Part shown: piece by piece, positions 1-18,427 of the stretch | Numbering within the stretch: position 1 is the first letter of the stretch | Layout of the letters: each line of letters begins with the position of its first letter | DNA from: Eledone cirrhosa | Taxonomy: Eukaryota | Reading direction: 5' to 3' | Assembly: GCA_964016885.1 (NCBI GenBank) | Contig: OZ024743.1 | Span: forward strand, 311,240,001-311,304,000 | Length of the DNA: 64,000 bases | Program-made: the position numbers and the translations under genes | Notes under the pieces: generated by a model | What the model was told of the DNA's origin: nothing | Database searches by the model: none | The model's input: only the letters and a program-made list of their open reading frames with translations

Positions 1-480
1 TTATTATCCACTTTACATCGAGGTGGGAGCATGATGAAATATATTCTCTATAAGGGAAGAATTGTCCAAAAATAATTTGGAAAAGTTTAACTTATGTGTA
101 TCTGGCGTAAGTAAAGTCAAAATGTTATCAGATCGTAGACCACATTTGATGAGTCTAAAACGCTCGCCATTCGAGTATCATATACCTAAGATTTGGCGTT
201 CACTTTTCAGTTGTTAGTTTCGAGATGGTGGTTTTTTTTTGTTTTGTTTTGTTTTGTTTTTTGTGGGAGGAGGCACTGCTCCACCATTTCACCATAAACT
301 ATAAATGATTTTGTCATTTGATCACCTGGACTTCCGACTCATGTATTAACGTGCAAGTAGTTGAATAACAGACATGTGTATTCCTAAAAAAATCTTTCGC
401 AAATTAAGAGCATGACACAATATGTAACAATTAATTTTCATCTACTCGTTTTCAATCTAAAGGCTTTTGTTGATTACAGG

Positions 481-790
481 TTATGGTAAAGAGACTTGCT
501 CAAGATGACACACAGTAACTATAAGAGGCCATAGTAAAGGTACTTGCTCAAGAGGACACACAGTAGCTATAAGAGATTATAGTTAAGGTACTTGCTCATG
601 ATTGTCTATTAGTGGATATGGTAAAGAAACTTGTTCAAGAAGACACACAGTGTCTGTTTGAGATTATGATAAAGACACTTGCTCAAGATGACATACAGTG
701 TGTATTAGAAATTATGGTAAGGATACTTGCTCAAGAAGAAACACAATGTCTATTAGGGGCTATTAGGCACTGTGTCGATTAGAGGCAAGA
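481..790. repeat. Degenerate ~40 bp tandem minisatellite
   Basis: About 7 recurrences of tatggtaaag..acttgctcaaga.gacacacag, resembling the cttgctcaag.acac motif in SINEs elsewhere in the window. Confidence 0.7.
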
Positions 791-1582
791 TAGAGAAATA
801 TTACCTGTGTCTCTGATAACGCTCTTCTATATCAAATCTTTGTCAAAAGATTCAACATGATATGTGAGATTACTGCCAATTTATATAACCCATGCATTTC
901 GCCATTGCTGCATTATACAAAGCATAACACACAATATTGCTATTCGGTTGTCGAGTTATGCTTATGATACGAGATTAAATTATACATTGACTAAAGGAGG
1001 AATGAAAGCATTGTAAATTGTATATAGGATTCTTCTAGATATGCTACTTTAAAATGTCTAACTGCTTGCCATTTCTGTGAAAACATTTGCCAGCGTTCTC
1101 TACAAGAAAATCAATTATTGTTTTATCTAGAAGTCTCTTTTCTTCTTATTTCGCTTTCGTTATGCTTTATATTATTTTCTTTGGTTTCGAGAGCTATACT
1201 TATTGAAACTATTTCTACACATTTCCCATTATTGTTCCACAAGCTCCACACAACATTTTCTTTCTTTCTTTATTTATTTATTTATTTTTGTCGTTTTTAC
1301 ATTTTAAAGCAATGGTGGGCTTCTAGATACAGATTTCATTTTAATACGTACTCAAGTCTGTTCTTTTTCTGATGTAGTTCATTTCTGTCACCCTCTCTCT
1401 CGCATTGCCTCCTTCATACTCACTCTCTCCCTCTGCCATTCTATATATATATATATATATTTCAATTATTCCATTTACCAGTGGTTTCTTAAAAGCAAAA
1501 GGTTTTGCTTTCAATCCTCATTCCAAATGATCCAGTGATTACACAGGTGAACGTCCAGAGTAACAAAACACATCACTTAGTC

Positions 1583-1637
<55 letters not shown>

Positions 1638-1915
1638 GTATGTATATGTATATATATATATATATTCATATGTATACTTATATACATTATATATATAAAT
1701 TTATTATATATATATATATAAACATACATGTATATATAAATATAATATTTATGTGTATGTGTGTGTGTGTGTGTTTCAAATATTATTTTTATTTATTTAT
1801 TTTTATTTAGTTATTTATCTATTTATTTAGTCCCCAGTTTCTAAGAGTAGACATCTTATAACAAACAACCGTTTCGTACGTACAGCAACAACTGTTGCTG
1901 CTATATTATATTGAC

Positions 1916-1954
<39 letters not shown>

Positions 1955-2580
1955 CACATACACAATAATACAGTATAGCTTGTTACGTACGTGCAGTCAC
2001 TGAGAAGGGGTAAGCCAGCCCCAAGAAGAGGAGGCGGCATAAATCGATAAGAGGGGGAGTATAGGGCGGTAAATAGAAAGAGAAAGAAGCTAGAGAAAAC
2101 CACTTATTCACAAAAAATGTTTCTGAATTAAATTCAGTCCCTTGTCGTAAAAAGACAAATAAAACCATTCTAAACTGATTGGCAGTTCATTTTACTTGGA
2201 TGACCTCTAATTTAGCATCGAGGCTTAGAAAAGTTCACAGAGAAATAGCAGATCTGCAATGTAATTTCCACTGCTAAAGAAAAAGAAAACGTTAGCGTTA
2301 AAGAATCTGTATTTCGCTTGATTGATACTTAATATCGCCTCGTTGTGGCGTGGCTATTGTTTGCCTGTCTTATAAGGTGGCATGTTTCAGACATATGCGT
2401 GACTAAAGCATATGAACTTTCTTTGCAGAAATGCAATCGAATAAACTCATTAGAAAGAGCTGACGTCCAAACAAACAAGAAAGAAATTTCCAGTTTCCAG
2501 GAAATGACGTGGAAATGACATATTTCGGATAAACGAAACTGAAGAAACACACAGGAGAGCAAACAAACAATAACCCCATT

Positions 2581-2654
<74 letters not shown>

Positions 2655-2670
2655 ACTCTCTCTTTCTCTC

Positions 2671-2711
<41 letters not shown>

Positions 2712-2886
2712 CTCCCCAATCTATCTATCTTTACTCCTCTCTCTCTAACTCTATCTATCTCCATGTATACACGCATATACACAGATATGCATACATACGC
2801 ATAAACACATATTAATCTTTACCGCTACCTCCCTATATATCTCTCCCTTTATATCTGTATATATATATATATATATATATACATAC

Positions 2887-2995
<109 letters not shown>

Positions 2996-3113
2996 GTTGT
3001 GTGTGTGTGTGTGTGTGAATGAAGTATTTCCGTCGGAAAGGTACAGGAAAAAGAGTGCTCTATGTAGGCTACAGAGCTTATTAGTTATTTAATAAACAAC
3101 ATAAGATAATTAT

Positions 3114-3174
3114 TTCATTTACCAGTGGTTTCTTGAAGGCAGATGTTATGTCTGTATTCAGTCGTCAGAATGAA
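3114..3174 (-). ncRNA. Type I hammerhead ribozyme (family A), minus-strand copy
   Basis: Reverse complement reads ttcatt-CTGACGA-stem II-GAAA-ccactgg-TA-aatgaa. Confidence 0.75.
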
Positions 3175-3210
3175 TAAAATCCATATTTAATAAAAACAAC
3201 ATGTTATTTA

Positions 3211-3271
3211 TTCATTCTGACGACTGAAGACAGACATAACATCTGCCTTCAAGAAACCACTGGTAAATGAA
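3211..3271 (+). ncRNA. Type I hammerhead ribozyme (family A)
   Basis: ttcatt CTGACGA c tgaagacaga..tctgccttca a GAAA ccactgg TA aatgaa; stem I ttcatt/aatgaa; predicted GUA cleavage triplet. Confidence 0.8.
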
Positions 3272-3336
3272 ATAATTATCTTATGTTGTTTATTACATAA
3301 TAGATAAATAAATATATAATATATATTTATATAATA

Positions 3337-3531
3337 CTAGCTGAGGTACCCAGCTTCGCCAAGGTTACGGCAGAAGAGAAAACGTCTGTATTGAATGCAT
3401 TGTCTTGTTTACATTGTGTGTGTGTGTGCATGTGTATGTTTGTGTGCGTTTGTGTGTGAGTGTTCGTGTGTGTGTGGGTGGGTGGGTGTGGGTGCGTGGG
3501 TGTGTGTGTGTGTGTGTGGGTGTATGTGTGT

Positions 3532-3606
<75 letters not shown>

Positions 3607-3624
3607 CATGTGTGAGTGTTCGTG

Positions 3625-3696
<72 letters not shown>

Positions 3697-5110
3697 CCAC
3701 CGTTGGAATCGGAGACATAGGCCATGAAACACGATCATCACTGACAACGAACTCGCAGAGAGAATCCCTTATGGTTGATTCCCAACCTGCTAGAAATAGA
3801 AGTCAGGTTGGTTAGCATACGTGGTATGTCTTTCTTCTTCTTTGGTGTTATAAAATTAGTATCAATACACTTTCCTGGATATACTCTTATCCCATTCCTG
3901 TACATACTTTCCGATTGTTACTTTTCGTTGTTTTCGTGTGATACGCGAAGGAACCAACCAGCAAACATCTCTCTTTTATATCTCTTTTATTTGTTAATTC
4001 AAAATATTTTTCAGCTAATTCTGTCGTACAATATACATCAGAAATCGTTATCTAATGTTTAAAACATATGATTAGCTGCGATATATGCACCATATCAATC
4101 AAAGACGGTATGATAATTGAATACCATACTAAAGCGCCAGTAAGCTGCAGATAGAAATGTTAATAAATAGAACATTTGGTTTGGGTAAACTTTAAGATGT
4201 TCTTTCATTGTAGGTTTCTTTTCTCAGCCAAAGAAAATTGATAGTTACAACAATAAAGGTTGAACAAGGAACACATTTTTTAACAAACATTACAATAATT
4301 TGTACAACCATAATGGAAATTCCAAGTAATAGAAAATACATAAATTACATTGTTAGAGCCTCAGAGTATACAATATTTTTTGTTCGGCCCTCGGGAGCAA
4401 AGATGAAGAGATTGTTTGGCGAGCTCACCCTAGACCATCCTACATACAATTGACCGTGGTTTTCCCAGATGAAGGCCAGCCACTTTTAGGGTTTGACCCT
4501 GAGCTTTGTTGATGGTAATAACGAAGCTTAGTCTCTCTGTTGCTCTGGTAACATTTTTCTTCTGGAAAATCTGATCTTGCGGCCAGGCTAGGACTTTTTG
4601 GGTGGCATATCGGCAGTAACAATGACGATAAGCCGTCTATGATTTCGTTAAATTAATACGTTTGTTTATATTTTGTTTTTGTGTATGCAAAAATATCTGT
4701 ACACGAATATATAATTATATATATTTTTTAAAATAACAGATTAGAGTTTAAGCAAAGAATCGCTGCTTTCACCCTTAACGGGATCTTCTGAAACTAAAAC
4801 AATCAATCTGTGAACGCAGAAGTAAATATTTTGAAAAACGTTGCAACCGAAAGAAAACAGGAAGATGATACTTTGGTTCGGGAAGACGTTAGGAATGTCG
4901 TATAACCGGAAGTGTTGACATTTGAAAATTTTAAAGTAGTGAATATTTAAATAATGTCTTTAATCTTTTAACAAAATTCAGTAGACAAAAATACCCTCAC
5001 TTTCTTACTTGGAAAAAGTTACATCTATGGTGCAAATTTGGTGCCGTTTGATTCAGTCGCTTGGCGGAAAGTTTGTTACTTACATACGGCCACCAGCTTT
5101 ATAGTATAGA
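3337..5110 (-). mobile_element. Non-autonomous Helitron
   Basis: Minus strand starts A|TCTATACTATAAAGC and ends with an imperfect hairpin (cttggcgaagctggg) then CTAG|T; inserted between A and T without TSD; internal (GT)n. Confidence 0.8.
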
Positions 5111-5139
5111 TATATATAAATATATATAAATATATATAT

Positions 5140-5645
<506 letters not shown>

Positions 5646-5737
5646 ATATATATGACCAGTTCTATCCAGTGGTGAACCAACAAACCTAAATAAATAAATA
5701 AATATATATATATATATATATATAATATGTATATATA

Positions 5738-5818
<81 letters not shown>

Positions 5819-6098
5819 CTCTGTAACCTATATAGAGCACTCTTTTTTCCTGTACCTTTCCGACGGAATTACTTCATTTATACAGCTCCAACAGGGATTG
5901 ATCGAAGCATATTCTATATTACATATATGATTGGCACTTTGCAGCCCGATAAGTTGAGCACTCTACAGTTTTCAGGAAATTAAATGGAATAATTATCTTA
6001 TGTTGTTGATTACATAACTAAATATATATAATATATATATATATTATATATATATGAATATATTAATATATACATATAAATATATTTATATATATATA

Positions 6099-6179
<81 letters not shown>

Positions 6180-6358
6180 GGTAGATGTCTGCCTCTGTGT
6201 GTGTATGATGTTTATGCATTTCCACATTTCTCTACCGATTTTGATGATTTTTTTTCCAATGTGCTCCAAATTTTCCAGGGCAGGTCAACGCGTAATTATT
6301 TTTGCCAAAGATTTCCTCCTTCTATGACGAAAAATCGATAAAACTAAATACATGCTGT

Positions 6359-6725
6359 AACCCTCTCTATTATACGCTTCATTCCTCTCACTACCCTCAA
6401 TCTCCTCTGCAACTCTCTTTAAAAGGTTACTGCCTCCGTCTCTGAAGGAACGCGACACAAACTTTGATAACCCTCTCTCTTACACGCTTCATTCCTCTCA
6501 CTACTCTCAATCTCCGCCGCAACTCTCTTTAAAATGTTACTGCCTCCGTCTCTGAAGGAACGCGACACAAACTTGGATAACCCTCTCTCTTACACGCTTC
6601 ATTCCTCTCACTACCCTCAATATCCTCCGCAACTCTCTTTAAAAGGTTACTGCCTCCGTCTCTGAAGGAACGCGACACGAATTTTGAAAACCCTCTCTCT
6701 TACACGCTTCATTCCTCTCACTACT
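6359..6725 (+). repeat. 110 bp tandem repeat (~3.3 copies) inside a Helitron 5' segment
   Basis: aaccctctct recurs at 6359, 6469, 6579 and 6689; ~1.7 copies again at ~7831-8020. Confidence 0.9.
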
Positions 6726-6727
6726 AA

Positions 6728-7361
6728 TCTGATCTTGCGGCCAGGCTAGGACTTTTTGGGTGGCATATCGGCAGTAACAATGACGATAAGCCGTCTATGC
6801 TTTCGTTAAATTAATACGTTTGTTTATATTTTGTTTTTGTGTATGCAAAAATATCTGTACACGAATATATAATTATATATATTTTTTTAAATAACAGATT
6901 AGAGTTTAAGTAAAGAATCACTGCTTTCACCCTTAACGGGATCTTCTGAAACTAAAACAATCAATCTGTGAACGCAGAAGTAAATATTTCGAAAAACGTG
7001 GCAACCGAAAGAAAACAGGAAGATTATACTTTGGTTCGTGAAGACGTTAGGAATGTCGTATAACCGGAAGTGTTGACATTTGAAAATTTTAAAGTAGTGA
7101 ATATTTAAATAATGTCTTTAATCTTTTAACAAAATTCAGTAGACAAAAATACCCTCACTTTCTTACTTGGAAAAAGTTACATCTATGGTGCAAATTTAGT
7201 GCCGTTTGATTCAGTCGCTTGGCGGATAGTTTGTTACTTACATACGGCCATCAGCTTTATAGTATAGATATATATAAATATATATAAATATATATATATA
7301 ACACACACGCATTTCTTCTTAGCTTCGTACGAACGTATAATAACACACACGCACACACACA

Positions 7362-7435
<74 letters not shown>

Positions 7436-7437
7436 AC

Positions 7438-7480
<43 letters not shown>

Positions 7481-7520
7481 TGCTTACGCACGTGCACAAG
7501 TTTAGGTCTTTTTACGAAAC
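6728..7520. repeat. Near-identical duplication of ~4569-5330
   Basis: Direct sequence match, including the Helitron 5' end and its flanking (CA)n. Confidence 0.9.
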
Positions 7521-7530
7521 CCGGAATAAC

Positions 7531-11815
<4,285 letters not shown>

Positions 11816-11822
11816 GTGTGTG

Positions 11823-11909
<87 letters not shown>

Positions 11910-11973
11910 ATACCGGATTCCATAAGTAAGGTGCTCAATACATAGCAGAGTATAAATATTTAATATAGAAATG

Positions 11974-12022
11974 GCTTCTACAGGATTAGAATTGTTTCAT
12001 TCGGGAGAAATCATCAGGAAGC
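11974..12022 (-). ncRNA. Type I hammerhead (family C)
   Basis: RC: gcttc CTGATGA tttctcccgaat GAAA caattctaatcctg TA gaagc. Confidence 0.75.
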
Positions 12023-12446
12023 ACCAATACTAATTCCTATATATATATATATCCACAAACTAGACAAAGTCACAGATATATATGTTTTGGCAACCATTCC
12101 CGATGTGGCTCAATGATGAATAAATAAATTAAATAATCAGAGCAATATACTATAAAATATGTCCATAGAATCATTTGATAATATATATACACCATTTCCT
12201 CTCCCAATTAGCATAATCAACCACACAAAAAAAAAACAATTAAACATGGCTATAAGATTAAAAGGCACCTATGAAGAAATAGTAGATAAATAAACGACAG
12301 CAATTTATTCGCGATCAACCGCTATAAAATATTTAACCAACATTTCGATAGCACGTGGAAATCGATTAAATATACCGTCAACCATACACAATTAGGTATA
12401 AAATTAAAGTTAGAAGAAAAAATGGATATACACATACCAGGATAAC

Positions 12447-12527
12447 GTTTCTACCCTTAGGGTTTCGTTCGCTTTCGGAAATATCCTATCAAAGATAAAT
12501 TCTCGAGCTTCGAACTCATCAGGAAAC
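12447..12527 (-). ncRNA. Type I hammerhead with extended stem II (family D)
   Basis: RC: gtttc CTGATGA gttcg [~39 nt with tatc-ttt-gata hairpin] cgaac GAAA ccc taa ggg TA gaaac; all three stems pair. Confidence 0.85.
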
Positions 12528-12809
12528 AAACTCACTTGGACAAAGAATTTTCTTAAGTGATCCCCGCCAGAAACGAATTCAAAATGGCTAAGAACTGTGA
12601 CGTGGCAGTGGTCAAGTCAGAAAGAATGTTATTGATGGCTTACGGCGAGTGGGCTGGTTGCTAGAAAGCGCAGCCCAATATTGCCCATATTGCATCTCAA
12701 CCTTATGGGAGATTATCAAATATAAAGATTTACATATACACAAACTAGACAAAGTCACAGATATATATGTTTTGGCAACCATTCACGATGAATTAATAAA
12801 TTAAATAAT

Positions 12810-12995
12810 TGTTTCTACTTTAGGCACAAGGCCAGCAATTACCCAGTGCATTACTGGTACTTTATTTTATCGACCCCGTAAGGATGAAAGGCAAAGTCAA
12901 CCTCGGCTGGATTTGAACTCAGATCGTAAAGGGACGTAACTATGCTGGAAAGCATGGCGTCCGACCCTCTACCGATACTGCCAATCCACCGCCCA
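12810..12995 (-). mobile_element. tRNA-derived SINE with 18 bp target-site duplication
   Basis: RC has A box (tggcagtatcggt), B box (gagttcaaatcc) and gcctttcatcc..gtcgataaaataaagtaccag core; attaataaattaaataat at 12792-12809 and 12999-13016. Confidence 0.85.
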
Positions 12996-13490
12996 AATAT
13001 TAATAAATTAAATAATCAGAGCAATATACTATAAAGTATGTCCATAGAATCATTTGATAATATATATACACCATTTCCTCTCCCAATTAGCATAATCAAG
13101 CACACAAAAAAAACAATTAAACCAGGCTATAAGATTAAAAGGCACCTATGAAGAAATAGTAGATAAATAAAATAGTAGATAAATAAAAGACAGCAACCAT
13201 TCACGATGAATTAATAAATTAAATAATCAGAGCAATATACTATAAAGTATGTCCATAGAATCATTTGATAATATATATACACCATTTCTTCTCCCAATTA
13301 GCATAATCAACCACACAAAAAACAATTAAACCAGGCTATAAGATTAAAAGGCACCACATATATATCTGTGACTTTGTCTAGTTTGTGTATATTCTTTCTG
13401 ACTTGACCGCTGCCACGTCACAGTTCTTAGCCGTTTTGAATTCGTTTCTGGCGGGGATCACTTAAGAAAATTCTTTGTCCAAGTGAGTTT

Positions 13491-13571
13491 GTTTCCTGGT
13501 GAGTTCGAAGCTCGAGAATTTATCCTTGATAGGATATTTCCGAAAGCGAACGAAACTCTAAGGGTAGAAGC
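13491..13571 (+). ncRNA. Family D hammerhead, core-mutated copy (CTGGTGA)
   Basis: Inverted copy of 12447-12527 with an A to G change in the core. Confidence 0.65.
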
Positions 13572-13864
13572 GCAATCCTGGTATGTGTATATGCATTTTT
13601 TCTTCTAACTTTAATTTTACACCTAATTGTGTATGGTTGACGGTATATTTAATCGATTTCCACGTGCTATCGAAATGTTAGGTAAATATTCTATAGCGGT
13701 TGATCCCGAATAAATTGGTGTCGTTTATTTATCTATTATTTCTTCATAGGTGCCTTTTAATCTTATAGCCAGGTTTAATTGTTTTTTTGTGTGGTTGATT
13801 ATGCTAATTGGGAGAGGAAATGATGTATATATATTATCAAATGATTCTATGGACATACTTTATA

Positions 13865-13912
<48 letters not shown>

Positions 13913-13921
13913 TTATATATA

Positions 13922-13992
<71 letters not shown>

Positions 13993-14645
13993 ATGGAAAA
14001 AGTGAAATTTCATTTCTCACTCTTAGTACGGCTGATACTTAAATATAAGTATGTATACGTACATACATATATGTATACAGACGTACAGTAGTATGTATAT
14101 ACATACATGCACACACATATATATGTACGTATGGGTTTACCAAACATTTATTATAATGCTCGGTTTGTTTGTAAACAAACAGCCCGAATTATTAGTCGCA
14201 CATTGTTCGGCAACAATCGCTGCCCTTTTGTTCAACACTGACAAAGGAACGATGAACTAGTTTCTAGCTTATTAGCTGTCACCAGCACCGTATACCATCC
14301 TGTCAGTCGATTGAACGTTTGAAAATATATACTTTCCCTATGCATATTAATGGCTGAGCAGCCTAATTTGCATATCGTGTGAGTTAGTCGGCCGGATGTA
14401 CCGAAAACGATAAATGGAAAAAATGAAATTTCCTTTCTCATTCTTAGTACGGCTGATACTTAAATATAAGTATGTATATGTACATACATATATGTATACA
14501 TACGTACAGTAGTATGTATATACATACATACATGCACACATATATATACGTACATATATACGTCTGTATACGTCTGTATACATATATGTATGTACGTATA
14601 CATACTTATATTTAAGTATAAGCCGTACTAAGAGTGAGAAATGAC
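13993..14645. repeat. Direct (13993/14417) plus inverted (14570-14645) repeat of an ~80-130 bp segment
   Basis: ttctca.tcttagtacggctgatacttaaatataagtatg occurs twice forward and once reverse-complemented. Confidence 0.8.
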
Positions 14646-14849
14646 CATCTGTATCTGGCGGCGGTCCACGAGGCAGCGGGTTTCGGGCCCGTTTTCAGGG
14701 TTGGATCGCTGCGATGTACAGCGACATCTGCTCAGTTGTGAGGGTGAATGGTCACCTGTCGCAGCCGTTCAGCATCATGCGCTCGGTCCGCCAGGGTTGT
14801 CCCCTCTCATCCCTCTTGTACGTATTGGCTCTCGAGCCGTTACTGCATA

Positions 14850-15280
14850 AAGGAGAACCTTACCTATATTAATTACAACTCGAATCACCCACTTTCCATG
14901 ATTAAATCGGTTCCTCGTAGTATTTCTCTCAGAATCTCTCGCCTATCGTCTAACTCTCAGATTTTCAATGAACATGCAGAATACTATAATAACGCATTAC
15001 GGAATGCAGACCACCGGGATAAAATAGAACACATTGATAAGAATTACCAGAGCACAGATAGTAACACACAGAATCGAATAATATGTAACCGGGGCACAGG
15101 CATACAAACACACACACGCAGTACCACCAGATATACTAATAATAGAAAATCATTACCAAACTCAAGCAAATTACGTTGCAGGAAGTATGGCTGGTATAAT
15201 CCCATTTTTAATGCTTCGATTAGTACAAAACTATCTCTTTTATTCTTTAAGTTAATTAACAAGCATTTCCCTAATTCCCA
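14850..15280 (+). mobile_element. Penelope-like element fragment (RT thumb/linker)
   Basis: YINYNSNHPLSMIKSVPRSISLRISRLSS, WYNPIF; matches reverse complement of 63765-64000. Confidence 0.8.
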
Positions 15281-16900
15281 AGGAATGCGAAGCGGTGACA
15301 GGAGCAAAGATAAACCAGGAAAAGTCGGTGGGCTTGCAGCTCGGCACCTGGAGAGGCAAGGCAAGTCCATGCCGTCCGACAGCGTCGTGGGGCGTTGGAC
15401 GGATGGACCGGTTAAATTGCTCGGGGTCTGGTTCGGACCAGGCCTCCAGATGGAGAAAAGCTGGAGCGGGGTGACGAGCAGGGTGGCCTCCCTCACCCAG
15501 AAATGGGCAAAGAGGAAGCTGTTCCTGAAAGGCCGGGCGGAGGTAGCGAATGCGTACATCGCATCCGTCATCTGCTAACGCTTCACCGTGGTCTCTTCAC
15601 CGGCCCAACTCTCACTAAAATAGAACGCCTCCTCTTCCGCTTTTTGTGGATGGGACGCGCTCCCATGGTCAGACGATCCATCTGCTGTCAACACCCGTTG
15701 CGTGGAGGACTGGGCATGCCATGGCTGATGATGCGCAAATATGCGCTGAGGCTGCGACATCTCTGGTGCTTACTTGACGGTGAACAGGAGTGGTTGCCAT
15801 TCGCCAGGCACGTTTTCCCACATCTCGTCTCCTTGACGGAACTGCTGTCCTGGGTCAGGAAAAGACCGAGAAATAGCGCTTGGAAACTGGAATGTCTCCA
15901 GGCGCTCACTGCCCTCTGCCAGCTGGGCACCAGTATCGGTGGAACATCCACCTCGGCGTTCTATAGCGGACTAGTGGAGGGGAAGAGCGACGACGTTCTC
16001 GGAAAGATCCTGGACGTCGCAGAAAATCAGCTGTTTGCTCTCTTCCGGAGAACTTTCAGCCCAGGGCCTATGGATAACTTCCAGAAATCCCTGGCCTGGC
16101 AGTGCTACCGGGGAGTTTTCCGGTTCGAGATAAGCTCTACAGGCACGGAAGTGCCGTCAGCCGAGCCTGTCCGGGATGCGCGCAGAGCGACGAAACCGTT
16201 GTGCGCGCACTTGTTCAGTGCCCGAGCATTGCTGACTTGGGGAGCTATGTCGAACAGTTGCTGTCGCGTGTAGGACCGATCCGGTTATCGACTGAGTCCA
16301 TTGTGCAGATGGTCTCGCCGTCTTCCTTGGGGGAAGAAGGGCAGGCGGTTTTCATCTGCCTGGTAGCCATGGCGAAAGAGATTGTGTGGTGGACAAGATT
16401 GAGAGGGTTAAAGACAGACACTTTCCTCTTCGGCGAATCCCTGATTAACTTTTTCAAGTTTCACTTGAAGAGGAAAATCAGGGTGGAGAGGCAAGTGCTG
16501 TCTTCTAGCAAGTTTGTTGAAAGCTGGGTGAATGTAGCGAGAATGGTCTGAGTGAATGGGACCGCTCTGAATATACGCTTGTAGTTTGAGGAATAGGAGA
16601 AAATTGAGAGAGGGCGCTTGCCCTGGTGGATAGAGTGGCCGTGGTCTTTTGTGTGGTTTTCGCCACGAGTAACCCTCGGAGGTTTCCCCACTATTGGGGA
16701 ATTTTTCATTGTTTGAATTTTCATTTTTATTGTTTATATATATATATGTTTTTATGTCTTTTTTCTTTTTCATTTCTTATAGAAATAATAAAAATCTGTA
16801 CATGCACAAAACCCATATCGTACCGTCCTGTACCATCCTGTGCCGTCTGTAATGTTTTTCTTGATGTCAGCCCTTGTGGCCAATAAAGAAATCATCATTA
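15281..16900 (+). mobile_element. Tx1/L1-clade LINE 3' fragment
   Basis: VKLLGVWF, RFLW..GGLGMP, zf-RVT-like PVRDKL..CPGC..ETVVRALVQC; 3' aataaa and short (cat/tat)n tail; frameshifts. Confidence 0.85.
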
Positions 16901-17459
16901 TTATTATTATTTGACATCGTTTAAACTAACATTTTGAGAGAGTTTAGAGATACAACGACAATAATTATTATTATTATGGTGTTGTTGTTGGATGTTTGAC
17001 CGGGTCACTAAATCCGTCTATTTATATCTTTTGGTAGCTATCTCCTTTCTAGTCATGTGTAGTGACACTACTACCTTCCCTCTCCAGGAGGTAGTGAGGG
17101 AATAGTGGTGGTAGCGATGATGGAGTGGTGACGGGGGTGATGGGGTAGTAATACTGTAATGATAGTGTTGTTGGTGCTGTTGGTTTGTCTCTAGCTAAAT
17201 TTTGTGGCGGTGGTGAAATTATTTGGCTGTTGTTTTCTTCCATTTGTGACCATTTGTAACCCTTTTCTTTTTTTACTATAAAATTTCTGATACAAAATTA
17301 AATATTTGAAACATATGCCAGAGTGTTATGTGTTGTCACTTACAGAGAGTTAAGACTGGTACCTTATGTCACATATGTAATAAGAATTATTCTATCACAA
17401 TTGTTTTAAATATGTAAAAGATCAAAAACTTACAACACTGAGAACACTAATTTTGAAAA

Positions 17460-17715
17460 AGGTAACCACACCAACAACAACAGTTACAGCGACAACCAAA
17501 ATACAGACAACAGAAAAAATGACAACGAATGCAACAACAATATTAACACCAGTAACATGAAAACAAATAGCGACAACACCAACAACAACAATACCAACTA
17601 CACCGAGAAAAACAACAACGGCGGCACCAAAGATATAACCAACTACAACAGTGATAACAGCAACAACACCAACAAGAACAACGACAACAACAACACCACC
17701 AACGACAACAAGAAC
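17460..17715. repeat. Degenerate (AAC)n low-complexity tract
   Basis: Visible triplet periodicity. Confidence 0.8.
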
Positions 17716-18188
17716 ACTTTCGCTGGTGGCGAAAATTTTAGTAAGTAAGTTAATTTTTAATTTTTAAAATTTTCTTATTTTACGTCTTTCATATAATTGT
17801 TCTGCACCCACCTGCATAGAACCACAAAGGTACTAAGACATAACATATATATTTGCTAGCATGGGTATACATCTGTATACATATGTTGGTAGATATACTA
17901 ATTCTCTATATTTATCTCCAAATTATTTGTTGAGCGAAACTTGCCTAAATTTACTGCTATGGTTCATGGTAGTAGTTAGGCCCTTGTCATAATTCCAACC
18001 CACTCCTCACTGATTAACCTCAGTGTCAGGTGATTGATTCTTTAGAATTTGCCACTGACCAAGTAGGCAGTGAATTTTTTCAGTGCCCTGGAATTTAGTC
18101 CCCGCTAGCTTTATTCCATCCACTGAATTATTATTTTTATATAGGTTCCTAGTATCCGCGCATTGCCTGGGAACTTAGCTGAGAATAG

Positions 18189-18270
18189 ACTCCCTGATGA
18201 CGTAAGGACTTCTCTATAGTTGCATTGCGTAACTATATTTATTCCCTTACAGAAACTAATTAGTAGGAGT
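18189..18270 (+). ncRNA. Type I hammerhead with extended stem II (family E)
   Basis: actcc CTGATGA c gtaagg [tatagtt..aactata hairpin] ccttac a GAAA ctaattag TA ggagt; lies in a ~540 bp unit bounded by direct repeats at ~17732-17794 and 18272-18330. Confidence 0.85.
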
Positions 18271-18322
18271 GAAAATTTTAGTAAGTTAATTTTTAATTTT
18301 AAAAATGTTCTTATTTTACGTC

Positions 18323-18427
<105 letters not shown>

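Larger units (their letters stand above)
12053..13865. repeat. ~686 bp HHR-bearing unit in tandem plus inverted arrangement
   Basis: cacaaactagacaaagtcacag at ~12053 and ~12739; partial repeat at 13192-13355; inverted copy at 13358-13865. Confidence 0.85.

Noticed and set aside
1465-1530. Family A-like hammerhead on the minus strand
   Set aside because: GAAA-ccactgg-TA and a stem II are present, but CTGANGA is missing; relic only.
6359-6725. Regular repeats as a CRISPR array (also 47030-47508 and 31110-31320)
   Set aside because: No unique spacers, no cas genes, and a eukaryotic TE context.
14230-14420. ctgacaaagg ... ccgaaa as another permuted or canonical hammerhead
   Set aside because: The core is imperfect and neither stem I nor stem III pairs.
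14748-15578. 276 aa ORF as a novel fusion protein
   Set aside because: Chance in-frame join of Penelope and Tx1 fragments with a non-ATG start and truncated domains.
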